Source of the DNA: the human T2T-CHM13v2.0 reference genome, Homo sapiens
DNA length: 64,000 bases
Direction: 5' to 3' (one strand)
Assembly (NCBI RefSeq): GCF_009914755.1
Contig: NC_060939.1
In this document: piece after piece, positions 36,201-54,587 of the stretch
Position numbering within the stretch: the first letter of the stretch is position 1
Layout of the letters: each line of letters begins with the position of its first letter
Notes under the pieces: model-generated
What the model was told of the DNA's origin: nothing
The model's database searches: none
Seen by the model: the letters and a program-made list of their open reading frames with translations, nothing else
Made by a program: the position numbers and the translations under genes

Positions 36201-36995
36201 GAAATGGGCCCAAATGAGTCAAAGATGACTACAGTTGGAACCTGAGTAGCTAGTGGCACAAATGACTTAATCAAAAGGAGGAGGAAAATCAGAAGGAGGA
36301 ATAGTTTGAGGAGAAAGGGGTGCGGGACAATAGGTCTGTAACAAACAGCTGAGCTTGAGACTGTGACAGAATATCCAGGTGTAGAGATCCAACTAGGAAC
36401 TGGAAATATGATATGCAAATTCCAGGGAGAGATCAGGTAAGACTAGAGTTATAGATTTGGGAAATGTGAAGTTATTACAGCTGATAAAATAACCAAGGGA
36501 GAAGAATAACCAAAGAGAAGAAGGCAAAGAACATGTTGGAAACCATGAGGCAAGGAGAAGAAAAGACAAAACGAAGAGAGAAAGAAAAGTCCGCCAAAGA
36601 AAAAGTCAAATCGGTACCAGAAGCAATGTCAGGAAAGCTACAGAAAAAAAGTTTCAAGAAGGAGGAAAGATTACATTATCTAGGAATGACAGGAAATTAC
36701 TTGAACTATAGTACACCAAGAAAAAAAATTATGGAGATTAGTTTTTCACTCTAAGCCGCTGAAGAATTTGCATTTACTTAAAGCAATCTAAATGTTGATT
36801 TCTCCTGAGCTGTAAAATTTAGGAGTTCAAACATCAAACTCTCTTCAAGTTTTCACCGTACACATCCAGCATCATCCGAGACCATGGCATACCAGTAAGG
36901 GAGATCAATCAGTTCTCTGACTGCACAGTCAGAGACATTGAGAACAGCAGAATGAAAACAAAGTCAGGATAAGTAAAATCTGATCTGGATTATAC

Positions 36996-37129
36996 CTGAA
37001 ATAGGACCCAACTGTGCCATTTTCCCTAGCCATGGGAGAGGTTCTGGGCCAGGCTCAAAGAGAGACATCATGAGGTTTGATTTCTTCTTGCTGTCAGCTT
37101 GGGAGTAGAGCATTCCATGCCATTCAGGA
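36996..37129 (-). CDS. INTS14: INTS14 exon 9
   Basis: atctag|TCCTGAA...TTCAG|gtataa; 134 nt, PEWHGMLYSQADSKKKSNLMMSLFEPGPEPLPWLGKMAQLGPIS. Confidence 0.95.
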
Positions 37130-37889
37130 CTAGATGGAGAGAAGACGGAAGATCAGAAGAACATCAAGCCTGAGACTGTCAAGTTAAATAAGTCTAGCCT
37201 GTATTTTTCTCTTGAGAGACACAGGCTTCAGCTTTGAAATCAGGCACACTACTTTTACCAAAGCCAAACCCTAAACCTGAAAATGCATACTGCTGTCCCC
37301 TAATATTTCCATTCTTCTGAGACATTTATTATTATTCAGGTAAAATTATGTGGATATGGAAATCAAAAGCAATCTTGAAAGAGAAAAAACAAATCACAAA
37401 GGGCAGCAAGTAGCTGGAGAGGTGATGAGGAGGGGTAAAGGCTGTGACCTATAGGTCCTGTCACCTGCCTCACTGAGTCACTCACAGCAGCACCAAGAGA
37501 AGCCCTTCTACCACAGGGCTCAAGGCCATCATCCTGTTATGTAAAAGAGACTCTGTCCCCAGTTTCTCAAAGGGTCCCAGATGATTCTCATATTCAGACC
37601 AGTACAAGTAGCTTGGGTGCCAAGAAATATAGCAGACTAATATCTAGTAAGATCTGCATTCCTCTTTTTGGACCAGCTAATTTTAACTGTAGCAGAAATG
37701 GAGCCATGCTTCCTTTAATTAATCCTAACTCTTGATCTATACCAGCCAACCCCAGGTAGTGGCCAGAAAATGATCAGTGACCTCCTTTTTTCTAAAAATA
37801 TGTATTATAGAAAGGGAAATAGATGGTTTTGCAGATTTTGAGACTTCAGAAAATGTAAAAGCTAACGGGGTTTCCTCACAGGGAAGGAA

Positions 37890-38250
37890 CACAGCAGAAT
37901 GATTATGAGTAGGCTCTGGAGTCAGAATGCATGGGTAAGAATCATGGTTCTTTCATTACTAGCTGTGTGACCTTGGGCAAGTTCCACAACCTCTCTTAAG
38001 CCTGTCTCCTCATCTATAGATAGGGATAATGCTGATACCTCCCATATAGTGTTGTTATGAGGGATTAAATGTGCTAACATATGTAAAATACCTAGAGGAG
38101 TGCCTGGCACATAATAAAATGCTCAATGTTATTAGCATCTTTTTTTTTGTTTCGTTCTATCCCCTCATTTTATAGATGAGAAGTCTGTGAATCCTGCCTA
38201 AGATCCTAAAGCAAGTTAGTAGCATTGCTATAACCAGAACCCAGGTATTC
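37890..38250. mobile_element. MIR elements
   Basis: Core ctagctgtgtgaccttgggcaagtt and attttatagatgag. Confidence 0.75.
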
Positions 38251-38495
38251 TAGATAGGATTAGAAAGAGGAAAATTGAGAAAGGATATAAAATAAAGGCA
38301 ACGTAATTAAAAGGCTCACTCCACACTTATTCTAGGGGATGATTAAAAGAGTAGTTTAGAAGGTAATAGCAGCTAGGTACTGTGGCTCAATGCCCGTAAT
38401 CCCAGCATTTTGGGAGGCCAAGGTGGGAGGATCCTTGAGCCCAGGAGTTCAAGACCAGTGTGGGCAACACAGTGAGACCCCACTTCTATAAATTA

Positions 38496-38654
<159 letters not shown>

Positions 38655-38825
38655 TCAAAAAAAACAAAAAAAAAGGACTGTAGTAGCAGGTGGGAAAAGT
38701 GTGTGGCAGGAAAAGGAAAAAGGTGACAAGGACCTTTCTATTTCCTTCAGAAAAGTCTGCAAAATACTTCACTTTGTAAAATGATTTTCCCTTTCATTCA
38801 ACCAAATGTAAACAAAGTTTCCTAC

Positions 38826-38970
38826 CCTAATTGAACAATCGCTACCATTCCTTCCACTTTTAGGCTACCATGGAGCAGGACACAAAAGTTGGGTATTTTG
38901 CCTGCAATCTGATTGGCTGAATTTTCATCTTCATTGTCATCAGTGATGCCAGTACCCACCTCATCACCTT
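38826..38970 (-). CDS. INTS14: INTS14 exon 8 (NAGNAG acceptor)
   Basis: tcacag|AAGGT...TTAGG|gtagga; 145 nt, (E)GDEVGTGITDDNEDENSANQIAGKIPNFCVLLHGSLKVEGMVAIVQL. Confidence 0.95.
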
Positions 38971-39719
38971 CTGTGAAAAAAAGAGAAAACAGGTCAGACT
39001 GAAATTACCTACAAAAACCCCAAACCCCAATTTATACTCTTGGATGTTTCTAGCCTTTAAGGGATAGTGTAGAGTTCTAAGGGAATATTATAACAAGCAG
39101 GAAAAACTCATTCCAGTTTTCCAATATCTACATAAAAGTCAGTTTCCACACATTATATGAATTCCATTTATATAAAACATCCAGAATAGGCAAATCTATA
39201 TATACAGAAAGGATATTAGTGGTTATTTGGGGTAGGGGAAATGGGGGGAGGGGTCTGGGAGTTGATAGTTAAAGGGTACAGGGTTTCTTTTTGGGGTTAT
39301 AAAAAAGTTCTCAAATTGATTGTGGTGATGGTTGCACAACTCTGCAAATATACTAAAAACCACTTTAAATGGGTGAAGTATATGGTATGTGAATTATATC
39401 TCAGTAAAGCTTACACACAAAAATCCATTCTCCACAGTTCCACTAGGATGTTTAGTTAGATGCTATCTGGAAGCTTCAGGCACCCATTTAAACAGAATTA
39501 GATACAGAGATGTCAAGTGCATTCATAACCAACAGGCTTAGGGCAGCACATGCATGTGAGTCCCCAAAGGTAAACAATGATTATAAGCTTTTTGACTGGA
39601 TTCTCCAGTTTCTCTCACACTCTGCTGACAGATGAATCTTCCTACAATTAACTTCCCTCTAAAAATATCTGTCTGCTCTGCTTTGTTCAAAGACTTTCTA
39701 ATTCAACAGGAAGAATTAG

Positions 39720-40130
<411 letters not shown>

Positions 40131-40474
40131 CTATATAAATGGTTTATTTTGCTTAATTTCTTTCTTGGTAAGTATACTGGCATGCAGAATTCCCCAGGGC
40201 CTTAGAACTAAGGGAAATCTGGCTGTTCTCTGAGAATAATAATTACCAACACAGTGATTATAAAGCTGTCTGTGGGTATATATTCAAGATTCTGTCTGTG
40301 AACATGTGATTGGTTATAGAATATCCAATACTCCAACTGAGATAACCTGGGCATAAATGGGATGTGGTCATTACTCAGTATGTGAAAACCTGACTGACTA
40401 CATACAGTTCTTAGAGAAAGCTGATAAATATAAAGTGGATGGTCAGCTTAAAACAGAGGAAAAGATAATTTTAA

Positions 40475-40558
40475 GGGTAGAACTAGGATTTGAACCTGTA
40501 GCCAGTCAGGGACAAAAGCTCCTGCTCTATACCCACCACAGCACAGTGCCACCCCTGA
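40475..40558 (-). pseudogene. tRNA-like (tRNA or MIR-head derived) tailless retro-insert
   Basis: B box GGTTCAAATCC, cloverleaf-like pairing, perfect 15-bp flanking direct repeat AAAAGATAATTTTAA. Confidence 0.6.
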
Positions 40559-41130
40559 AAAAGATAATTTTAAAGAGTTAGAGTCTAGCATTCTCCAGAG
40601 AGATGCTGAATTTGAGGAGATGACTTTATAGTTCCTAGAGATATATGCTGCAGTAAGGAGGACCCACAAGGGCCTGGATTCACCCATTCATTCAACAATA
40701 TTTACTGAGTTATCTACTATGTGCTGGGCACCAGTAGAACAAAGAACAGATGTGATTCTTCCGTGTATAAAGCTGTATTTGACTTGCACATTTATCAAGT
40801 AACCATCTGATAACTACTTAAGCTTTCTCAGCATGTTAGTACTAGGAAAGGCAGAGCCCTGGATGAGGGACTAAGCATTCTCATCTCTAAAGAGGACCTC
40901 CACTGTCAATTCACAAACCAACACACAGTAAATATGTGTCAAAATGTTTCTACCATGTAAAGCAGAATTACTTTTTTGATATATTAGGCAATATTCCATT
41001 TTCTAAAATCCAATTCTGTAACTATTCCTTTCCCCTAAATTCTGCAAAATGGGCTATCCTACTATCTAAGATTTAAGAACAACTTTAGTTAATAAGACGC
41101 TTCAGACGTATCAGTGGAATAGGAACTCAC

Positions 41131-41223
41131 CTTTGTTAAGTGCTATAGGTAAGACCAGATGTCTGGACAGAACTGGGGGACTTGAAATATCAGCTATATC
41201 AATAAATCCCACTATTTCCAAAT
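41131..41223 (-). CDS. INTS14: INTS14 exon 7
   Basis: tttcag|ATTTG...AAAG|gtgagt; 93 nt, (D)LEIVGFIDIADISSPPVLSRHLVLPIALNK. Confidence 0.95.
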
Positions 41224-41987
41224 CTGAAATGAAGGAATCAACACAGAATTAATTCATTCTATGGAAAAGTACATTATTTTCCATGTATTACATTTCACAA
41301 ATGCACTGTTTAGGTTGGGGTTTCAAATATGATGACTGGGAAAGTTATTAGATTTGTATATGGAGTCGTCTAATAATTTGCATTTTAAGCTGCTCAGGAA
41401 ATAATGATAACTGTCATTGATTTAATGAGTCTAAGTTATATGACAAAATCAGCTAAATTTTATTTTTATAAGGTTAGGACCCCAGCCAAGGCAAAAACTG
41501 AAAGGTCTAATCCCTCTGTGTAGTCAGGGATGTTCAGGTCACCAGGGGGCATCATAGTCAAACACTTCCGCAGCAACTACACTCAGCCTTTGAAGAATAA
41601 AGCTATTGTATTAAAAACATCTCTCTGAGAAAGAACTGTATTCTCTACAAAACTAGGGTAAGCAGTCTAAATATGACAATGACTTCTCTGCTTTATAGAC
41701 GCTGTAGTAAAGACCAAAAGTATTTGTTGAAAACCTAAAATAAATAAAAATGAATGTTGTAACCAAAAGAACTTAAACATTTCGATTATATAATATAAAA
41801 ACTTAAAAACAATAAAAATTATAAAGAAGAAAAAGTCACTCATTATTCATAATCAAAGGAAATCTCTATTAATATTTTATTGATGTGCTTTTCAGTCTTT
41901 CTTCTAGATTAATACCCATATTTTCAAAAGAATTTTTAAAAATCAGAATCATGGTGAACACCTTATATTTCTTTTTTCTTTTTTTGA

Positions 41988-42146
<159 letters not shown>

Positions 42147-43365
42147 TAGTAGAAACGGGGTTTCTCCATGTTGGTCAGGCTGGTCTCCCGACCTCAGGTG
42201 ATCCGCCCGCCTTGGCCTCCCAAACTGCTGGGACTACAGGTGTGAGCCACCGTGCCCGACCCTATTTCTAAAATATTAGGAAGTGTGCTTCTCTGGAGAT
42301 TTGCTGTCCATACCTCCCTTAGCTGAGTAATAAATGCATTAGTATAAGCAGCTAGATATTTTTCATTTGAGTAGAAAAAGGTCTACTTTATTTTAAAGCA
42401 GTTTAGCTGCAAGAAAGATCTTCCACTAAGAGTTTATATGGGAAAGAAAAGACCTATTCAAATTTACTCATCGAAAAAGGATGGGAAGGAAGTGGAATCT
42501 AACTGTTATGAAGGCAACAAGACTTTTGGTACAACTTAATGTACTACTGTCTAGTCACAGTAGAAGAGATGGATGCCTTGCTTCCAGAAGCTAAAGGCAC
42601 AAAAAGTAAAAAGACTGTTCACAGCCCCTCACTCCAACACTCCTTAAAAATCTGTATACCACAAACAATGAGCATTCACTGAACATTTAATTCTAATCAT
42701 TTATTGACTGAACAATTACCTATTGGGCACCTACTAAGTGTCAGGCACTATGCTGGACATCAAGGCTGTAATGGTGACTGAAACACTGATAATATCCAGC
42801 CCTAAAAGATTTAACATGCACCTAAGATTCAAGGAGTCCACCCACCAATAGGAAGCAAGTCTCCTCTCCACTGCTCCTTGCTATTTTTGACTCTTCACTT
42901 TGCCAGTCTCAGTTAAGCATAGTATTGGCAACACGAACCAGGTAAAAGCTGTGGTACATCACTTTCTTTCAGTCATAATATAAGCAGCAGTGCTAGAAGA
43001 GTACACTATATCAGATCCAAGAACTCCAAGACCATCTGGTTGATTCTCCCTGCCTAGCCAATAAGAACTAGAGGAAGACTTCCCAGGGTCACATATCAAG
43101 AGTCATACTGCAAAGTATAGAAGCTAGCCCTTCTTATATGACCTTAATTATGATACTAATTAAGTTCAGTATGTCTATTAAGAATCATCTCAAAGATTTC
43201 AATGCTAGTGAATACGGCTATGATTTCCAACTCTAATAATTCGTGGTTATAATTATCTAGGATTGGAGATCAACTGATGACCTTACCATAAAAGACCAAT
43301 ATTCTGCCACCCCTTAGGTAATGAATCTTCCAATCCAAAGTGCTGATGACAACAGCACCCTAGTA

Positions 43366-43601
43366 CAGGTTGAGTATCCCCTATCTGAAAATCTGAAATC
43401 CGAAATGCTCAACAATCCACAACTATTACACATGCACGAAGCTGACACGAAGCTCAAAGGAAATGCTCACTGGAGCACTTTGGATTTTCAGATTAAGGAT
43501 GCTCAATCACTAAGTAAAATGCAAATATCCCAAACCCCAAAAAATCTGAAATCTAAAGCACCTCTGTTCCCAAGCATTTTGGGTAAGGAATACTCAACCT
43601 G
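43366..43601. mobile_element. Tigger4a/MER46-type Tc1-mariner MITE
   Basis: TIRs CAGGTTGAGTAT... and ...ATACTCAACCTG; TA TSD on both sides; 236 bp. Confidence 0.85.
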
Positions 43602-43718
43602 TACCACAATATATATTTCTTTTCAACCTTCCTAGACAGAGAAGAGAGTAAAAGTCACAAGTCAGAAGAAAGTAAGGATAACAGAGAAACTAAGAAATAA
43701 GTTTTTTTAAAAAGTTAC

Positions 43719-43861
43719 CTGTGTTAATGACTTTAGGGATAGGATCAATTTCTTCATCTACAACAAAAGGTTCTGGCCTGGGGAAGACTTGTACATCAGC
43801 AGTTAGGTGGCCACACTTGAGAACAGCATGGAAAGGCGTATATGCCAAATCTATCAGTTTT
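43719..43861 (-). CDS. INTS14: INTS14 exon 6
   Basis: ttctag|AAAAC...ACAG|gtaact; 143 nt, KLIDLAYTPFHAVLKCGHLTADVQVFPRPEPFVVDEEIDPIPKVINT. Confidence 0.95.
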
Positions 43862-44269
43862 CTAGAATATGATAATTAATAGTTATAGGAAGAGTAATAC
43901 GATACATATGAAGTTAATTTTTCAGGACGCAAGGGTTGTTTTCCTTTCAAGTTGGTTCCAAAACTAAGATCTGACCATCTGTAAAACAGAACAAAATCTG
44001 ACATTTTTGGTGAGGAAATTTCAATTCTGAAAAGCCCAAGAGCAAGTTAATTTGAAATTTTGCTGAGTCATTATAAGGAAGTCAGTATCTACAGACAGTA
44101 TAGATTTACTTTAAAAAACCATTACTACCCATCACTTTATCTGAAAAATGTACAACTTGGGGAAAATGAAATGACACAATTAGGAACAGTAAAACAGATA
44201 GTCTTCCTGGATGTCAAATTATAATACTGGATTGTAAAGAAGGCAAAAGAGCTCTAAGCATATACTCAC

Positions 44270-44388
44270 CCAAACATAGACTGTACATTCTTCAAGCACA
44301 GGGGGCCATCAATAGTAAAAATCTGCCCTTCACCATTGTTTAAATCTATGAGACGTTCAAGGCATTCCAAGGAATCGGTGCTCTGGAG
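44270..44388 (-). CDS. INTS14: INTS14 exon 5
   Basis: ttatag|CTCCAG...TTTGG|gtgagt; 119 nt, LQSTDSLECLERLIDLNNGEGQIFTIDGPLCLKNVQSMF. Confidence 0.95.
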
Positions 44389-45171
44389 CTATAAAGCAAA
44401 ACAGATGACCCTTAAAGTGGCTGGCACAAAATGCCAGATTATTCTCAGCTCACCAAGGTCAAAGCCATTACGATAACATAGGCAATAAATAACAGATGAT
44501 TTTTTTAATAGCCAATGTGAGAAGAAAATAACAACAACAATTTTGACTCAAGGTTACCAAAGAGGAATGTTACGTAAAATAACACAGGTAGAGCTATTTC
44601 ATTCAGGAGTAGTTTTGCAAAGATTCTCAGAGGTGACCACAGTATTTACACAGCATCTTCCCTCCAAAGTGTTTCTAACGTCTTTTGGTGAGAACCATCA
44701 TTATCTACATTTTACAGAGAGAAAAACTGAGGGGAAAAAAGGTTAAATCACCTTCCCAAATGAATGGGAAAACCAAGAATTTAAGTGTTTAATAAAACGT
44801 GTATCAGAATAATGTTACTTTACTCTTCTGTCAAAGTCAAAGCACACTCTTGTCAACATTTCTGGTGGAATGGACATAAGAATTCTATATAAGGGAAATG
44901 AACAACACCAAAAAGAACACCTTGACCCTTTATGCACCCATCAGCAGGATGGATAACAACTCCAGCTATGTTCCCCAGATGAGGCAACACTCTGAAATTT
45001 CAAAGAACATTTGAGACCCAGAATCTTTTCAAATAAAATACCAGCCTCAGCTGAAACCAATGGAGTTCAATGCTACAGTATATACAATATAGCACTAGTG
45101 GTATATACTGAAAAATAAACTAAGCTGTAAAATATGCCTAATCAAACTAAAAACTTAGCAAAAGGTATTAC

Positions 45172-45327
45172 CTCCTCCAAATTCGCCATGCACATGATAT
45201 ATAACTTAGATGGGAAAGGAAAAGGTAGTGGAAACCTGTTGCTCTCACTTCGTTGATTTTGAGTGGCTAGGGAATGTCGCAGTGACCCTCTACCAATGCC
45301 AAGACAGCCGTCTGTCACCAGGACAAC
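45172..45327 (-). CDS. INTS14: INTS14 exon 4 (VWA domain, VTDG motif)
   Basis: aaacag|GTTGTC...GAGGAG|gtaata; 156 nt, VVLVTDGCLGIGRGSLRHSL...MANLEE. Confidence 0.95.
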
Positions 45328-45423
45328 CTGTTTGTAAAAAGAGAGAGAGGAGGTTGTACATTAAATTACATATTTAACGCAGTCCCATTTAGCAGTGTTT
45401 TCACTGCTAGAAAGGGGCACCAG

Positions 45424-50148
<4,725 letters not shown>

Positions 50149-50526
50149 GTCTGCTGAATAATTGCATTGAGATAATGAAGACAGGCTATATTATACTGAT
50201 GTTTACAATTTTATCACTCAAAATTATAATGACCCCTTCCAGGGATTGTAGTTCAAAAATTCCACTGTGAGCCCTTTGTGTTTTATATAACAGTACTAGT
50301 TTGCAATAAGTCAATTTACTAGGAGGATGCTTTCCTTAAGGCATAACTTTGCTGCTTTCTGAACACATTAGTGTTGATTTAGTACCTTCACTTAAGAAGA
50401 TACCAATAGTGTAAAATGTAGTTTGTAGAAATTACAATGCATGCTGTGTCAGAGCCTGAAGAAAATCGAAGCACCTCAGTGGTTAATGTTGTTAACTTAG
50501 GGCAATGAAAAAGAATTGATCATTAC

Positions 50527-50634
50527 CTGGCAAGGAATTGCACCACCCCATTCTTGCTGAACGATATTGCAAACACCAACTAATGCAGACTCCAAGCAGG
50601 TTTTGTCATAATCATCCATATTACTTAGTGCTTC
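50527..50634 (-). CDS. INTS14: INTS14 exon 3
   Basis: aataag|GAAGCA...TGCCAG|gtaatg; 108 nt, EALSNMDDYDKTCLESALVGVCNIVQQEWGGAIPCQ. Confidence 0.95.
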
Positions 50635-51371
50635 CTTATTGAATAAAAGATAAAATTGCTAGTTACTCTTTAGTTTTAATTAGGTATTAGAAAACAACAT
50701 AAATTGTTCAAAGTATGAATGTTACACAGGGGACACTGATGTATCTGAGAGCACCAAAGCATAGCTTCTTAAAGAAAAATGCTAGAACAGACTTCTTCAA
50801 CTATTAAAGATAGTTAAAAGAATTCCATTTATTCTATCCTCTTATCAGGTAAGAGTGAACAGTCCACCAAGTTTACATTTTTGTTAAGTGGACTTTGAAG
50901 GAAAAAATTAAAAGGAACTTTTAAACACATCACAAAAATAATAACAAAATCTATTGAATATTAACTATGTTCTAAACACCATCCTAGGCACTTTTATGCA
51001 TTTAGCTATCACAATAAAACTATAAGGTATAGATTATTAACCCTATCTTTAAATGAAGTAATTAAGGTATAGAAAGATTAAATAACTTTCCCAGGTCTCA
51101 TGACTAAGGTGGCAGAACCTGGATTTGTAAGTATGCAGTCTGACTTCAGGGCTCCTGGTCTAAAACATTACGTCTCACTCCTTATATAGCAATTCTCTAA
51201 ATTTCAGAACTGCAGAACATCAGAAATCCTTAGTTTATTCACCTGTAAGAAAGTCAGCATATATACCAAAAGTTTAATATCCTTTTACAGGAAAAGAAAT
51301 TTAAAAAAAATTTTTTAAGTCACTAATTTTTTTAAAAAAAGCTTTTAAGTCACTTAAAAAATCTGAGATAA

Positions 51372-51670
<299 letters not shown>

Positions 51671-52556
51671 TCTGAGATAATAAAAGGAATTATTTAACAA
51701 AATTTTGTTACTTACATTAAAAAATTCAAACTCTATTGATCTTGTATTTCTAAACCACCTAACAATTGTTAAAACTGTTCAGTTTAATTCCACAAATGCT
51801 TCTTCTTTTTTTTTTTCCTTCTTTTTATTAAAAATAGAGACGGGATCTTGCCATGTTGTCCAGGCTGGTCTCAAACTCCTGGGCTCAAGTGATCCTCTCG
51901 CCTTGGCTTCCCAAAGTGCTGGGATTACAGGCGTGAGCCACCACACCTGGCCCACAAACACTTCTTGACTGCTCACTATGGGTAAGACACTGTGTTAGGC
52001 ACTGCTGGAAATATTATGAATATTATGATTTAGAGATGTTGTCAGAAAGTAAATTCTAACATAACACAGAAAACACCTTTGAAAGATAATATCTACCAAC
52101 TGAGATTTAAAAATTATAATTTATTGGTATCAAAATCAAAGCTATTTGTTGGAAAGGAAATATCATTTTGAATTACTCTAGAATAAGAAAGGGCTATTTT
52201 TTCATTTCCTCAAGTTTTATGGGAGAGTAGAAAAAAATTAAGTGTTGAGCCTAAAGATCCTAAATTTTAGGGAATGGAACACTACATCCTGAGATGCTCA
52301 CTTTTCCACAGAGAATTCCAGAAAACCAAGAGAGGAAAATAAGGGAACAACTCACAGCTGTAACTCATAGCTGTACCGAAGAAACAGTAGGCATAAGACC
52401 TACTGGTTGTGAATTCTTGCTGTTTAGTTACACATATTAAGTACTCATAGACTTATTAAATAATGCCAAAGTTCTAAATATTCAACGCATTATAACACTG
52501 TTTTCCTCCCAATAAATTTAGGCCCTGTACATACAATAACTTACTACATTTTGTAC

Positions 52557-52778
52557 CTGTAGGGTATTATAATCTCTCGTGAAGGGGACCATCAACTCCC
52601 AAAGTGATGAAAAAACCACAAGTGCTGTAAATTCAAGCTTGTAATTTGTGGCCATGTGCTCAAACAGCATCGTTAAACCATGGGCTGCTAGGTGCTTACG
52701 CTGGTATTCCTCGGACCCCTCAATAGACACAGGTCGGGTCATGGAAAGGGATACATCCATTACCACCACTGTCGGCAT
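52557..52778 (-). CDS. INTS14: INTS14 first coding part (exon 2), VWA domain with MIDAS-type DxSxS; Integrator complex subunit 14
   Basis: ATG at 52778, MPTVVVMDVSLSM...YNTLQ|gtacaa; the 11 coding exons splice in phase to 518 codons plus stop. Confidence 0.96.
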
Positions 52779-52840
52779 GATGAAAATGATCCCAGTGTTC
52801 CCAATCAGAATGCAAACAGACAGCTATAAACGAAGAAATG
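52779..52840 (-). other. INTS14: INTS14 exon 2 5'UTR portion (acceptor at 52840 or 52823)
   Basis: tattttctgcag| gives exon start 52840; cttcgtttatag| gives exon start 52823. Confidence 0.7.
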
Positions 52841-53454
52841 CTGCAGAAAATAAATACGTTCTTACATGTCATGGAGAGAAAATAATATTTTTCACCATAA
52901 CTTTAACTAACTTCTCAGAAATTAGCAGAGGCAAACACCATTTAAGTTGAGGTGAGGAATAATCTGTAGAGAACTCAGTGAGAGGGAAGTGAGCAGCTTA
53001 GTTCATTGTAAGGACCACTCTTAGAATCACCCATTAAGTGACCATAAATCAAGGACCATCTAAATATATCTACTGGAAAAAAAAAAGCCCTGCTAAATTC
53101 AGGTAGCCCTTAACTTTCACACATTCGACTTTTATGCAACTTAATAAACTCCCACATCTCCTAACACTTAATTTACTGAAGAACATTTCTAGTTGTCATA
53201 TGTTGGTGCTATTTGACAAACAACCATTGTTTTTTGGCACTGTCACAACCTTTTTGCAGTATTACTGCATGTGTTTAATTATTTTGTTGGTTGGTGCTCT
53301 TGTTTTAGTAAAATGAATGCCAAATATAAAAATGAAAGGACTAGTAAAGTCATAAACCAAATTAGACAAATTGGAAATCATTACACATAACAAAAGTAAT
53401 AAACTGTCAGCCTCAGTAGTATTCATTGTACATAAACTGGCCAATGGTGCTTCA

Positions 53455-53760
<306 letters not shown>

Positions 53761-54311
53761 TCAAAAAAAAAAAAAAAAAAAAAAAAATTTATACAGCTGG
53801 AATTATCTCATGAAATTGGGTAGAAAAGTCAAAATGTACAAATGGAGTTATTCAAAATTATGGATTGAGAATTAGCATAAAGAAAACATTTTGGTGCTCA
53901 AAAATAAAAAAGTTTACAGATACACAGACCTGCTCATGGGTATATAGCCTGCTGCTACTCTATTATTAAGCAAACTGTAGGCTACTGACATGATGAAATA
54001 TCATAAAACTATAAATAAATGACATATGTACTACAGATATCAGAAATACTTATAGAAAGCATTAGTAACTGAGAAAAGCAGGCCCCAGAACTGTATTATA
54101 CACTGCTTACAACTTCATAAAAATCATAATGCAAATATACAATTAGAGAGATTAGGTGGATATAAACAGGTTAGAAATTTAATGTTCACAACTTTCTTTT
54201 TTGGGATTAACTTCAAAACATTTAACAGTAGCCAGATTACTTGTTTAAGGATGGTGCCCAGCTGCAAATGTGTCATATTCTAAAATTCCATTTGTTCTTT
54301 TTTGTTTTTGA

Positions 54312-54587
<276 letters not shown>

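Noticed and set aside
52348-52375. 13-bp tandem AACTCAYAGCTGT and similar micro-duplications near 1847 and 51312
   Set aside because: Ordinary slippage-scale events with no functional context
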